Source: Lama guanicoe (lineage: Eukaryota). Taken from it: a DNA stretch of 64,000 nucleotides. Numbering within the stretch: the first letter of the stretch is position 1; each line of letters starts with the position of its first letter. Position numbers and translations under genes: made by a program. Location of the stretch: the NCBI GenBank assembly GCA_013239625.1, contig MU053934.1, positions 8,763,352-8,827,351 on the forward strand. Direction: 5' to 3'. The notes beneath the pieces were generated by a model. That model had not been told where the DNA came from. It saw only the letters and a program-made list of their open reading frames with translations, and searched no databases. Shown one piece after another: positions 37,690-51,281 of this stretch.

Positions 37690-38535
37690 TTCATTTAATA
37701 GGCATATAAATATTCATAATATTCCTTATTCCTTTAGTGCTTGAGGTAAATTGTGATGTTGCCCCTTTCATTTCTGATTTACTAATTTGTCTTCTTTTTT
37801 TTTTTCCCTTGGTCAGTCTAGCTAAAAGCTTGTAAATTTTATTGATCTTTTCAAAAGACCAATTTTGGGTTTTCTCGATTTTTCTATTACATTTTTCTTC
37901 TCTATTTCATTTATTTCCACTCTTTTTTGTTCTGGGTTTGTTTTTTGGGTTTTGTTTTGTTTGAGTGGAAGCTTTGGCTATTGATCTGAGACCTTTCTTC
38001 TTTTTCATATAAAATTCCTTCTAAGCACTGCACTTGCTACTTTCCTTAAGTTCTGGTATATTGTGTCTTCATTTTCATTTATCTCTAAGTATTTTCTAAT
38101 TTCTCTTGTGATTCTCCTTGTCTATCCATTATTTATGAGTGTGATGTTTAAATTTCATATTTTTAATTCCCCAAATTTCCCTTTCTTGATTTCTCATTTC
38201 ATCCCATTGTGGTCGGAGAACATACTTCATATGATTTCAATGCTTTTAACTTTTTGTAGCTTGTTTTACGGCCCAACATATGGCCTGCCCTGGGAATGTT
38301 CCAGTGCACTTGAGAATGTGCATTTCTACTGTCATTGGGTGGAGTGTCCTACAGCTGTCTGTTAGGTCTAGTTGGTTTAAAGTGTTGTTTAAGGCACCTG
38401 TATCCTTGGTGATCTGCCTACTTGTTCTATCCATTATTGAGAGCAGGATATTGAAGTCTTCAACTATCATTATTGAATTGTCTATTTCTCCCCTCAATCC
38501 GGTCGCTTTTTATTTCATGTACTTTGGTCTGGGTG
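37690..38535 (-). mobile_element. Inverted L1 ORF2 segment
   Basis: Minus-strand translation RGEIDNSIMIVEDFNILLSIMDRTSRQITKDTGALNNTLNQLDLTD matches the L1 endonuclease domain. Confidence 0.9.
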
Positions 38536-39681
38536 CTTTTTTAAAAAGCGTTAATCCTTGGAGGTCCTAGTACACCATTCCAGAAGTGCTCCTGCCTGTG
38601 ACATCATTCTGGAGCGCAGAGAATGTGTGAGATTTCTCATTGGGTATCAATATTGTTCTATAAGTAGCTTCTAGGAGGTAGTATAAGGGTTCCTACTTTA
38701 TAGTGTGCAATTATCACACTCATTGTCTCCAGGCAAGAGTTATCCTTGAACAGATCTCATCATCTGGTACCACACACAAGGGCTATGCTAAAGTTGTAGA
38801 TAAAAACTAGCATGCCGACCTCTAATGCTTTCTTCAGTTTTCTCTTGTGAAAATCATATGCACCATGTCTCCAGCACCCTCAAACTTTCACCCAGACTAT
38901 ACATTTCATTGGAAAATCATAATCACCAAATGATACAGCTGTCAGGATTTTATCTCCCTCTAGACTCTGACTGCAGGATCTGACTGCAGCCTAGCTTATT
39001 TCACTGTTAAGTTCTTCAAATTCTCAGTACATGGCTTTATGTATCATAATTAGATTATCTTAGTTCAAGTGCTCGCCTCTCCATTACCTCTCTCTCAGAA
39101 TGTTGATTTTCGCTACAAAAAACCCTCAAAAGTGAAATGCTAAATCAGAGTTTCATTGGTCTCTGTAATGTGGAACTTTACCCAGTAGCTTATCTACCTT
39201 TAGTCTCTGTCCTCATAAAATGCTGAGATGTTCTTTTCATATGAAGTTTATCCAATCATAAGTATTAAAAATGTATTTTGCATTTGGAAGTGAATGCCAA
39301 ATGTGTTTTGCTGGCAAAAAAGAGCCTAAAGCATAAAACAATTATGGAAATAATTAAACTAAACCATAGATAGTGTGGCTTATTGCTGTTACAGATACCC
39401 AAAATGCAACGTGTTCTTCTGGGAACGATTTCAATTATAGTGATGGTAGTACCCTTGCCTGGTACAGCTCAGTGCAAGTGTTCTGCACGCATTTATGTGG
39501 ATACACAACCTGAGATTGGCTTATTCCAATTGTGCTCATTATTTTCAATATTCTACAACTACCCTTTATTCAAAATATTCTTTTCATTAAAATAGAATCG
39601 TCTATAGTTCATGTCTAGACAGAGACTGGTGTTCACTAACAATCCTGTAACCCAAATCATTTAAGCCCTGATTGAACACGT

Positions 39682-40085
39682 TGCAGATGGAACTGTGCCC
39701 CTAGCCCAAATTCGTATGTTGAGACCCTAATCCCTAGTGTGACTATATTTGGAGATAGGGCCTGTATGGAAGTAATTAAGGTTAAACGAGATGATTAGGG
39801 TGGGGCCTTAATCTTACAGGGCCAGTGTCCTTTAAGAGACACCAGTGGGAGACCTCATTCTTTCTCTTGCTCTCTCCCTCTCTGCACACACCACACACCA
39901 GGGAAAGGCCATGTGAGGATGTAGTGAGAAGGCAGCCATCTACAAGCCTGGAAGAGACCTCCCAGCAGGAACCGACCGTGCTAGAGCCTGGTATGGGACT
40001 CCGACCTCCAGAATTGTGAGAAAATAAATGTCTGCCTCTTAAATCTCCCAGCCTGCTTAGTTATGACAGCCTGAGCAGCTACACA
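39682..40085 (+). mobile_element. MaLR LTR (MLT1A-like)
   Basis: aaattcgtatgttgagaccctaatccctagtgtgactatatttggagatagggcc...cctccagaattgtgagaaaataaatgtctg. Confidence 0.88.
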
Positions 40086-40829
40086 CCATGCCTGCGGTGG
40101 AGAGGTTGGTGAATCAGACAAAGGCCTATGCCTTAAGAGCACACTGTCTACTAAGAAGGGACATCTCATGAAAATACAACGTCATAAGCGCTTCTAACTT
40201 AGCCTGGGCAATCTGAAAGGCTCCACAGAGCACACATTTGAGCGAGGTTTTCAAAGTGGCCCAACCAGGAGAAGAAACCACAATCCAGGCAGAGAGAACT
40301 CCCAGCAAGGACTGAGAGACTTTAAAAGGCAGATGTATTTGGTGAGCACTGAGAGGCTATAGGGTGTGGAGAGTATGACAGGGAATGCTGGAAGGGCACT
40401 GTTGTCTGTATCCATAGAAACACCATAGTGATAGTGCTGTGGCATTCTGAAGGCGGCCCAAGCAAAAGCTGGAGCACTCAGAAAAGATGAGGTCTGAAAG
40501 AAAGGAGAATTTGGATACGAGGGAAGAGAGGGGAAACATTCAGGTGAGGAAATACAGGAATTGAAAGAAGTTCTATTTTTTTCAGTAATTTAAGTTTTAA
40601 AATTAAAAGTTTAGTATACAGAAAAAAGTTCATAAATCAAAAAGGTATAGCTTGATGAATTATCAGAAAAGAAATATATCCACATAACCCCCTTCCAGAA
40701 CAAGAAACAGAACACTGTTCTGTGTATCTGTTTGTCTTTAAATGTTGATCCATGGCATGTATTATCCGTTTGAAAATATAAACGTAACTGAGAAACAAAA
40801 ACATAACGAGGCGATATATTGTCTCCTAG

Positions 40830-41200
40830 GCCCAGTCGAATAATGACTACCCAAAGATGTAAAATCCAAACCCCAGAAATTTGCAAATGTTACTTTATTT
40901 GGAAAAGAGATCTCTGCAGATGTGACTAAATTAAGGATTTAGAGATGAAGATAAAACAGGTGGATTATCTGAGTGGGTCCTAAAAGCCATCACAAGTGTC
41001 CTTACAAGAGAGAAAAGGGAGGCAACACAGACACACAGATGAGTGATGTGAAGACAGAGGCAGAGATGGGCATGATGAAGCCACAAGCTCAGGAATGTTG
41101 GGAAGACCACCAGACACTGGAAGAGGCGAGAAACGGACTCTCCCCTAGAGCCCAGTGGCAATTTATTTCTAGGGTTATTGGAACCCTAGGAAACTATAAT
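40830..41200 (+). mobile_element. MaLR LTR (MLT1C/D-like)
   Basis: aatgttactttatttggaaaagagatctctgcagatgtgactaaattaagg...gccacaagctcaggaatg. Confidence 0.85.
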
Positions 41201-42249
41201 AAGGGTAAAGTATAAAAAGAACACCAATTTATTATTTTATGTTTGTTTTGAATTTCTTACTAATTTGACTTCAATTTCTGTTTCAACTCTTATTTTCATT
41301 TATTTTTTTTGGCTGAATTTATTCCTGGGCCGTAAGTTTTTGTTTCTTCAGTTTCTTCTGGGATACCTCTCTCTTCTGTGCAACCTCCTCTCCTGGTTTA
41401 GGAACAATCCGCTCGTTTTCAGCAGTAAGAACCATCTCAACGCAGCAGGCAGAGCTCATGTTAAGGGTTGATCCGACTGTGAGCTCCGTAAGTCCTGTGC
41501 TGCATCTTGGGGGCTTTGTTCACCTGGATGTGCTCGATGACCAGAGGATTTAAGCCCTTAAGTTCAGCATTACTCTGCATTTTTGAGCAGGTGTGATAAA
41601 AATTCATCACTCTTTTTGGGCCATCAATCCTACGATTTGACTTAAATTTCTAAACAAGAGCCCTCTCTTTCCTGGGAAATGCAATAATTGTTTCTGATGT
41701 GGTATTATCTTGTTGTATAAGGATTCTGTGTTTGAATAAATCTGTGACAATCTGGGTTAAGTACTTTTAAATAACTTGATATCACAACTTCTCCGGTCCC
41801 TAAATACGATAATATGCCAGTGACACTCCGAGATTAGGGACACAGCACATAGCATATTCCAAAACTTACTGACCATGGAATTCTCTTACTTCAGAGCATT
41901 TCTCGGCAGTGATATTCCACCAAGTGTTTGTTGGTAAATGCTGACGTGCAGCAAAGAAAGGACAGCCTTGAGAAATTTCACTTGGCCCAGGAAGCGGCCT
42001 CCTGATGGAGCACCCGGCCCCACTGAAAGCAAGCGCCCTTCCTGTAATAACCAGAATGCCTGCATGCGCGCTCCTCGCCTCTGCACCTGGACAGGGGTGA
42101 GTCTACACGGCAGCATTTTCTCTCCAAACCCAGCTTATCTGGCTTTTGTTACAAACAACACCTTCTTTTGATGAATCATTTTCTTAAAATTTATTTTTAT
42201 CAGTTAGGCCAAATAGCTTTCCCTAATTGAGAAGACTTTATCTAGTGGC

Positions 42250-42655
42250 TATATTAGTTTCCTGAGGCTGGTGTAACAAATTACCACAAAATAGGGGCCT
42301 TAAAACAGGTGAAATTTGTTCTTTTGCAGTTCTGGAGGCCAGAAGTCCAAACTCCAGCAGGACCATACTCCCTCTCTTCCTCGCCTCTCCCTGCATCTGG
42401 TGGCTCCAGGTGTTCCAAGGCTTGTGGCTGCATCACTCCATTCCCTTCCTCTGTCTTCACATGGTTTGCTTTTCCTCCCGCTGATAAAGATGCCTGTCAC
42501 TGCATTTAGGGCCTACCCAGAAAATCCGGAGTATCTCATCTCAAGGTCCTTAATTATATCTGCAAAGACCCTTTTTCCAAATAAGGTCACATTCACACGT
42601 TTCAGGGATTTGAGTATAGACATATCTTTTAGGGGCCACTATTCGACCTACTATA
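42250..42655 (-). mobile_element. MaLR LTR (MLT1C-like)
   Basis: tattagtttcctgaggctggtgtaacaaattaccacaaa...ttctggaggccagaagtccaaa...tctgcaaagaccctttttccaaataaggtcacattcac. Confidence 0.88.
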
Positions 42656-42829
42656 ACCCTGAAAGAGATACTAGGGTCAATCTGTCACCAAAATCATCTC
42701 AGGGTAAGTTAATAACAGAAGCCTAGGCCTGCAAAGTTGTAGGCCAGATCCTGGACAATAAATTCATCTAACAATACCCTTCTGCCTTAACCTCAACCAT
42801 TCCATCACCTCTTTTTCAAAACATCGGCA

Positions 42830-43200
42830 GTCACTATTATTATTTCCATTTTACAGATACATAAACCGAGGTTCAAAAATTTTAAGTCAACCTCCAAGGT
42901 CATACAGCTAGCGAGTGACAGAACTGGAATTCAAACTCTAGTCTTTCTGATTATGAAACTATACACTCTCAGCTCTATTCTTTAAAGATCTGATTCCCAG
43001 AGCTGACTAATTACAAAAGCCAATTTTTAGTGGGTACATACGTGCCAGGCCCCATTCTAAGCACTTCAACTCTATTACTTCGATTTAATCTTCAGCAACC
43101 CCATTAGATGCGACGAGGAAACAGCTGTTCTGAGTTGCTGAGGCATTTTAGTGTGACAACCCTGCTCACACCCAGAGTCTGGACATTCAGATAAGGGCCT
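42830..43200 (-). mobile_element. MIR fragments
   Basis: ccattttacagatacataaaccgagg...aaggtcatacagctagcgagtgacagaactggaattcaaactc. Confidence 0.7.
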
Positions 43201-45289
43201 GAGCTTAGGATTCCCACCCAAGTTCGTGCTTTGCTTTTCCTGGGGCACCTCTGAAAATAAGCACTTGGAGTTGAGCTTACAGAGTTACAAGCCACCTTAT
43301 AATCCGGTTCTCTGTGTCCTGCTTGCCCGTGACTGGGACGGGGACTGCCCTTCCCCAGTCATTATGCTCCCCTCTCCCATTTCTGGGATCTGTAAGTGAA
43401 GAATCTTGTGACTGCGCCCTCTGTCTGAGTGTACTGGAACTGCAGCTTCAATCGCAACGACCCTGGGCTTCACCTCCCCAAGTGGGAGCTCCGATGCCCA
43501 TGCGGAGGGAGCTCCCTGCTGACTCCACGTGGGTGGCTTGTGCCTCCTGATTCAGCAGGTTTTGATCTGCAAATTCTTAATATGCCAGCTACACCTTCCT
43601 CCACCCAACAGAAGTCAAATATCTTGACCAGCTGGGAAGTAAAGTCAAAGCAGCCTGTCTCCAGCGTCCCACAGTAACTTCTACTCTCTTCACTGCCTAC
43701 TCCAACTGTGGCCTCAACTGCTCCGAGTAGGAAGAGATCTAAATATTACATCCAATTAATGCAACCTAAGATCCTATGGCAGTCATGTCACATTTGGGCA
43801 CTTGGACACTGCTGAATGGGCACCCACACCTATTCTCTTCCTGCCAAAAGGATCCACTAAAGTCACAAACCTGGAGAAAAAGTATGTGGCAAGGGCTGCA
43901 GGGAAGGGGTGGACAGGCAGAAAAAAGGCTAAGAATAAGAAAGGGCCAGACACAAAAGGAAGCAGATGAGGGATCACGGGGTAAAGTGGCTGGCAGGACA
44001 ACATGGAGAAGCAAGACAGAGCCAGGTGAAGGAAGACTGCGGGCTAGTTTAGGACAATCTCATGAACACTGTGTTCCTGTCACGTTCTTTCTTACATTAT
44101 GAGTCCTTAAAGGAAGACCAGTCACTGTACTCTACCACCTAGATTAGCGCTCCCATACAGGAACCCTTGAAAATGGCTAATCACTTGTCGCACAAGCAAC
44201 CGAGGAGAAGAGGGTCATGTTCCCACAGCTTCAGGCGTGGGCGGGGGGAGAACAAGCTGGATCTCTTCAAAGACATAGTAACTCTGCTCTTCTGTAGTTT
44301 CCATACCTTCTTCTCCAAAACTAGTAACTGTAATTACTTTAAACCTCTGTGTGCTCTGTTCACTGTTCCATCACCATCTCCCACTTCTCCATTTACACAA
44401 AATCCACTCATCCTGGGAGAGCATTTAGCCCCAAAGCTGTGAATATTTTCTTGATCACTTCTGCGTGATTTCCCCCTCCTTGGAACTTGGAACAGTATTT
44501 GCCAGTCATCACTGACACATGATGTCTCTCGATCGTTTTATTATTTAATTCCTATCAGCTAATTTTGTTCCCCACAAAGACACATTATGCTATTTTACAT
44601 AATTCATAGCATCAGAACAGTTATTTTTAAACATACTATATATTATTACTGCTTTTTTAGTGACTGTAAAGCCCTCCCAAAAATAACAGCAATAACAAAA
44701 AATAAAACCAAAAAAAAAAATAGCTCGAGAAAATTTAGCCATTAGCTTTAATCCTTTTGCACTGAAGCCTGAAATACGACAGTTCAAGTCAATGGATTGG
44801 AATCTCCAGGACAAATGAAGTCATGCACAGCTCAAAGTCTCTAGAGAATCCAGCCGAACCCCAGTTTAATGTTGTTTGCTATGAAGATGTGTTTAGATTG
44901 AGAAAGGTCTAGTCTAGAACCAATGAAAAGGAACAGGGAGTTCCTGACCCCTAAACAATGTTTCAAGGAGCCTACTGGAAATCTTAAGTCTCACTCATCA
45001 TAAAACTGTTCCAGCTATAACATCACAGTTCTTTGCTTTTAGCTGGAATAACAAGAACTCAGTGAGATTATTTATTATAAGGAGGCAAAGACCTCTGCAT
45101 GTCAGTCACATTTTTGATTAGTAAAGGGAAACTGAATTATCACTTCACAAATAAAATCTGATAATAAACAAAATCTTTCAAAACAAGAATCCTACTAGAA
45201 AAAAATAGTTAAAAACCTTTCACAGTGTTTAGGGTGGGGATAAGCTCCAAGAGACTTAAAGACAAGGGCTACTATCTTAGTAACATCAG

Positions 45290-45500
45290 TCCATTTACTG
45301 AGCCCTTACTGTGTGTTTCACAAAAATGTTCTCCTTTAGTGCTCACAACTCCATGAAGGCACTAGGAATTACCTTCAGCTCACAGATGAGGAAACCGAGC
45401 TCAGAGTTCAATAGCGTGTCCAAGGCCACCCACCTGGGAAGCACCATGTTCAACAACCAAAATCAGGACACTTAACTCCAAAGCGTGTTCTCAATCACCA
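45290..45500 (-). mobile_element. MIR
   Basis: cagatgaggaaaccgagctcagag...tccaaggccacccacctgg. Confidence 0.7.
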
Positions 45501-48119
45501 TGTTATACTATTTTATTCATCTCCCTTCACTCACTTGGTTGGCTGACCTTTGCCTTCCCAACAACTAAAGGAGGTGGACTTTCCAACTAGGTTCAAGCTC
45601 AGGCAAGAAGAATCCTGGGTGAAAAACAAGACTGTTGGTCAGTGCCTGTTGTACACCCATCATCCACCAGACTTCTGGCTCTCAGACCAGGTCTGGGGAA
45701 ATGTGAACCTTTCAAGAACTCTTAAGTTCCTGTGGCACAACTATTTAAGGATTCCATGCTCTGTGGTCCGGGGATGATAACACCAAATTCTTCATTCTGC
45801 TGCCTTTAGGACTTACCTTCTCTTGACCATGGAGGTCATTTTATCAGTATTCAACACGAACCACACAAAGAACTGAAGAACAGGATGAGAAAAGCAGTGT
45901 CAGACATTCTTTTTCAGCACGACATGCTATCTGCCCACCTGTCCTAACCTTTTTTTTTCTATTCTTTAGGTAAAAGATACTCTACGACAGGGCACAGATT
46001 TCGGTCAAAAAGTGACCCAAAATAAAGGAGAAAAGTGCGATTACATTTCTGGATTCAAAGAGGTCACTTCAGACACAAGAGGTGCCAATTTCTACTAGTG
46101 GGGATCTTCAGCAGTACCACTCCATGCCTGCAGCCCCACTGCTGGGCTGATGATAGAAAAAATACTTCTCATTTCAATGTCTTAACATTAGGAGCACAGT
46201 GTGGTCCTGCAGGCTTCCTGTTGTTGGATGCTTTCTAGGAAGCCCAAACAGAGAATGATTCCAGTCTCAAGTTTCTCAATCTAAAACAAAGGCCAGAACA
46301 CAGCTGGAATTCAACAAATGTTATCTCGCAATTTTCCTTACTAGGGTAAACTAGGCTTAAATTATCTGAGACATGTATGACTCAACCACATATCTAAGCT
46401 GACACAACAGCGGTTCCTGTCACGGAACTCAAGCAGAAAGGAATGCAAGATTACCTCGCTATGAATTCGTTTTCAATTAGGTAAAGTAGGTAAACCGATG
46501 TGTCTGGTTATTTATGTAGTGAACAAAAAGGTGAAAATGACCTAGCCTGGCAACCATAAAAATCTGCAGAGCTTAAGCAAATTCAAAGAGATTTTTGAAA
46601 GGTAGATTTCAGAAAAAAACTGGCTAATGGTTTTGGAAGACTGTTTCAGAAAATGAGGGACAAAGAGCCTCAGTCAATGGAAGTAGCCAAATTCAGTGGA
46701 GGTAGAGGTTGCAAGCAAACTGCCTCCATTCTGAGTTACAGCTTGTTTAAAGCTGTCATTTTAGTAAGAACTGAAATCCACCATGTAACGGGCAAGTCAG
46801 CTAAAGTGCTACTATGCTATTATATGCATAAATCTTTTTTATTTGCATTAGAAAGACATCAATTGCCTCATACTACAATATGTAATTAAGAAGTCAATGT
46901 ACTATTTCACTTAGCTTTACAAGATAAATATTGTATTACTGCAAAAATAAAGGCTGTGATTTTAACTAGCCATATTTCAATGCTGACTATAAGAAAGTCT
47001 ACCACTATTTAAGCTGCTTTTTATGCTAAGGACCTAGATATTACACAGAAAGATGACTAGTAATTATACTTTCACATTAAAAACAAAAACTACCATTCAA
47101 TTTCTAAGGCACCAGAAAATTTGTAATGAATGAACCAAACTTGAAGATTCACAAACTACTAGTCAGAAGGGAACTCAGCAACGTCTGGGATAATGTTTCT
47201 TTCAATGAAGAAAAAGGAGGGTTCATTCATTTGGTAACTAGGTGAGTGCGTATTATGTGCTAAGGATGGTTAGGCAAGAGGTTAAGGCTGGGGGTTGAGG
47301 GAGAACAAGGAGAAATGTGGCTAGAAAGGTTTAAGTGTAAGGATTTAGAATAGTCACTGTGATGTGTGGGAAAGCTGACCTGGGGCAGCTGTTAGAGATG
47401 AGATAAGGGGCCATTTGTAGCTGGGTTCCAAACATCTTGGGAGTTACCAACAGGAGGCATTCAATGATTGTTCCTTCAACATGTAAAAGGGGACACTGGG
47501 CTGGAAGTGAGACCTGGGCTCTGCCAGAGCTCTGTCACTAACCAGTCGTATGGCTTTGCCAAGTCATGTACCATCCTGAAAGTTCTGCATTATAAGCTCT
47601 CTTTTTGTTGATAAAAATGAAAATTCCTAAGAGTATGCCTCGAAAGATCTTTGTGATACACCGTTAGTCAACATTCTCTATTTATACATAAAGTTCACAT
47701 TATTCCATCCAATTTACAAGGATGGTATGAAAGATACACAATACAGTTCCCTGGCTGGGTATTTCTTTTCACATACATCCTGAGAAAAACAACAAACACC
47801 TGGCAACATCTGTTGTGAATTTCTTATCCTAGGGGAAGTAAACATATTGGCAAGGAATAGGAGCCATCTTTTTTTTAAGCATTTGTAACGTGTAATCTAG
47901 TTATCTAGACAAGCAGTCTTTAATACATGAATCCATAGATATGCTTTTGGGGGGGGGGTTCAAAAACACCCTGAAATTACATGCAAACTGATTTTCTACC
48001 TGAATGTATGTAAATTTTCTTCACATTTTCAATATCCATAAAACCTCAGTTCTTTAAAGTCCTGGGCTCTCAGACATCTTCAAAAGATAAAATAGTCTCT
48101 TCTGGGTGTGTTCATCTTA

Positions 48120-48440
48120 ACAGACTAATAGCCCTTGATAATGCCTAATTTCACAGTCGCTCAGGCTGGCTTCAGCCTACCTCAAACCCCAGTCCTTGGC
48201 GGACCCTGAACTATCTGCCTCACCTACAACCAGTCAGAGGCTTGTGCACAAGTCGATCAGGCACCTTGCCACCCTCCCAGGGTGAACCCAGAGGGCTCAC
48301 AAAGGCACCTGTCAGTGTGGCCCACTGTTGTCTATGGCACCATACCCTAATAAACTCCTTTTCCATTTTCATTCTTTCTTTGGTGAATTCTTTTACCACC
48401 CTTGACACTGGCCCGCCTCCTCCCTCTGTCCCAAGAACCG
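48120..48440 (+). mobile_element. Probable ERV LTR fragment next to the CpG island
   Basis: cctaataaactccttttcc...ttggtgaattcttttaccaccc is an LTR R/U5-like signature. Family not identified. Confidence 0.45.
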
Positions 48441-48699
48441 CTGCTCTAAGAATGTTTCTTTTCTGAAGCAACTTTCCTAATCAGTATTAACTAATTAGTA
48501 ATAATGGGTCTAATTCCCAGCGTCCTATTAACCGCTGGGCAAGGAGGTAAAACTGAACTGCTCTGTACAGTTTAACGTGTCACCGCACTGCTTGAAATAC
48601 CACACCGTGGTCTCTGGAATGCTATCCTGCAGTACTCAGGTAAGAGCACAAGGACACAAAGCCTGACACTGGACACGCTAGTCCCACGGTTTAAAAACG

Positions 48700-50270
48700 A
48701 GTTTGCAGACTTCATCGTCGCTGGTCCCTACAGGTGTGCAATTTGGGGCAGGTTACTTCGCCTCTAGGGCGCCCACCGCGGGGAACAAATACAAGCCGGC
48801 CGTGGCCTGGCGGACGGGTGCGATTTCCTCATCCACGACCGAGGCGTCGTCCCGGCCGGCTCCCAATCCCAGGCCTTCCGGGCCCTCCGCAGCGCGGACG
48901 TCGCGGGCCCTCGGGCAGGGCCCCCTGAGGGAGCGCTCGCGGACGGAGGACTGCGCCGAGCTCCCGACGTGGCGCCGCCCGCTTTCACTCACATCTCCCG
49001 GAGTCACGGCCTGACTCTCCTCAGCCCTCCAGCACCCTACACGGAACACCACGAATCGCGGCCACGCTCACTGACCGGCCCCGCGCTCTCTCCCAGCCGC
49101 CTAACATATCGAGGCTGCGCCCACCTACAGCGGCGACCCGCACACGAAGGCCTCCAACGCTTACGGCGGCCGACACGTGACCAACGCGCGCAAACTCCGG
49201 CCGCAGACGCCGGCTTCCCTTAGTGGCCGGCAAGCGGGGTGCGCGCATGCTCACGCGCATGCGTGAGACGGAAGCGCTCCTCCGGCGACAGTTTCAAAGC
49301 CGCTGGGCGCATGCGCCGCGTGACGCCGGCTGTCGGCTGTAGGAGGTGCTGTAAACCGAGGCTCCGGCGCGCTTGCGTAGTAGCAGGACGCGGGCGTTTC
49401 TTTCCTTTTTTTTCGAATTGGTTTTGAGGGGTAGATTCGAGTTACAAAATGGCGGCCTGGGGCGTGTTGGGTGCTGTTCTCCCAGCGGTCTCCGGCTGAG
49501 CGGACGGCTCTCCCTTCCGTAACCGAACACAAAGCGACGAGCCCCCCCCGAGGGACATGGTGTTTGAGGCTCAGGGCTTGCTGACCACCACAACCTTTGA
49601 GGTTCTCAGCGCACCGGAAGCGACCGGGCGCCGCTTCAGACCCGAGCGCCACTGCGCACCCCGACTTCGCCGCGCCCTCAACCCAGCGAGGGCCGCCGCG
49701 GCCGCCCGGGAGGTAAGAGGCGGGCGGGGGCCGAGCGCGGAAGCCGGGCTGCGGGGCCCGGGGCTGGGGCGGAGGAAGCCGGGCTCGGGGTGCGGGGCCC
49801 GGGCCTGGAAGGGAGGAGCCAGGGTGCGGGGCCCCGGCTGCTGTGGGGGCGCTGAGGGGAGCCGGGGAGGGTACGGCGGGGTGTCAGCGGAGACGCAATC
49901 GGGGGTGTTTGTGAAGCCGGGCTCCGGGCCGACCTGTCGGGGCTGCGGTGTCCAGCTTGGGTAAGGCTCGCCCGGGCGCGGGGCCCCTGCGGCCTCGGGA
50001 GAGGCCGGAGGCCGGAGCGAGCAGGGGCCGTCCTGGCGTGGCCTTCTCGGTTCATTTCCTAGCGGTTCCTCTCGGTACTCGTCTCTCTCTTCTCGCTCCC
50101 TCCTCTGCCTCCTTGGTCTGGCTTCACTTTCTGACTGCACTCGCTGGCTGTTGATCACCCCTTTACCCGTATTCGATTGAGAAGCAGTTTTGAGATTTCG
50201 TTTTCCCCTAGCGTTTCAGTCTCTGGGGTCCGCACCCGCGTTCCCCTTTTCCTCCGGGCATCACGCCGTC
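48700..50270. promoter_or_regulatory. NUP50: CpG island / TATA-less housekeeping promoter of NUP50, likely bidirectional
   Basis: Dense CpG and GC content. NRF1-like GCGCATGC(G) motifs at ~49243, ~49255 and 49307-49316; ETS CGGAAG at ~49269 and 49615; YY1 CAAAATGGCGGC at 49445-49456. Confidence 0.92.
49420..49712 (+). other. NUP50: NUP50 exon 1 (5' UTR); the start is approximate
   Basis: Strong donor GAG|GTAAGA at 49712/49713 inside the CpG island, upstream of the exon that carries the start codon. Confidence 0.75.
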
Positions 50271-51267
50271 AAGTATGGTCAAATCCGTTTTCGTCTTAGG
50301 GTTAACTGATGTGGAGTGAAGTTCAGCCCCAAGGGTGGGGCAGCACCAGGTGGCAGAGACTGTATAACTATACACCTGGCACAAATAAAGTTTTTTCCAA
50401 TTACCAAAAGTTTCAATTTCCTATCAAAGTATGCTTCATACCTAGTAACCATTTCATAACTTGGTGCCTTTTAAACCACAAGCCCAAATGTTAAAAACCC
50501 AAATGTTAATAATAATAGTAGTACATAGGAGTCAGGCCTTGTTAAAGTACATTACAGGGATTTTTTTCCCCTTTTTCTGGCATAAAAAGAAAATTTATTA
50601 TCTGAGGTATCATGCATTGAAATAAAATATGGATTCGGTAAAGTATTTTTTTAAAACCTGACTCATAATTAAAGTTAATTCTCTTCTTCCACACTGCAAC
50701 TTTTAAGTTTGGGAGGAAAAGTGGTACTTTATAAAGGCTTTGCTTCTAACAAAACGTATCTTTAATAGTTGCTGAGCCCTTCCTCTGTTCCAGACACTGT
50801 TGTAAACCAAGTTTTTTGTGTATCATTTAATTTTCACATCTCCTCCCTGTTATACAGATGAAGAAACTGAGGTACAAAAATTAAATAATTTGCCCAAGGT
50901 CTCCAGCAACAAAATGGCAAAACTGAATGCTAGATTGTGTTGTATTTTCTCAAATATGTATTGCCCTACATCACTGATTCTCCAACAGCTAGAACATCTA
51001 CTGTGCAGTTGAGAGGTTTGGGGCATTTGGGGTACGTCAGTGAGTAAAACCAAGATAACCTGCTCTCTGGTTGGGTCATTGATAGGGTAAATGATAGACC
51101 GTGGAAGCCGCTACGTTAATTTAGGTTGTTTATGCCAGTTATCTCTTCAGTTGGGGGTATGAGTGAGATGTTAAAATTTCACTTACCGTTTTTGAACTTT
51201 TAGCTCCACTCCTTTTTGCCAGTTAATCTTAATAACATTAATAGCAAAAAATGACTGGTTTCGACTT

Positions 51268-51281
51268 CTGCCCTCTGGTGG
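51268..51281 (-). promoter_or_regulatory. CTCF core motif in NUP50 intron 1
   Basis: The reverse complement CCACCAGAGGGCAG matches the core consensus CCRSYAGRKGGCRS at every position. Confidence 0.6.

Noticed and set aside
49557..50158. Long overlapping ORFs (125-195 aa) in the CpG island
   Set aside because: Typical stop-poor GC-rich ORFs. Only the exon 1 part of the 49557 ORF is kept, as a possible uORF.
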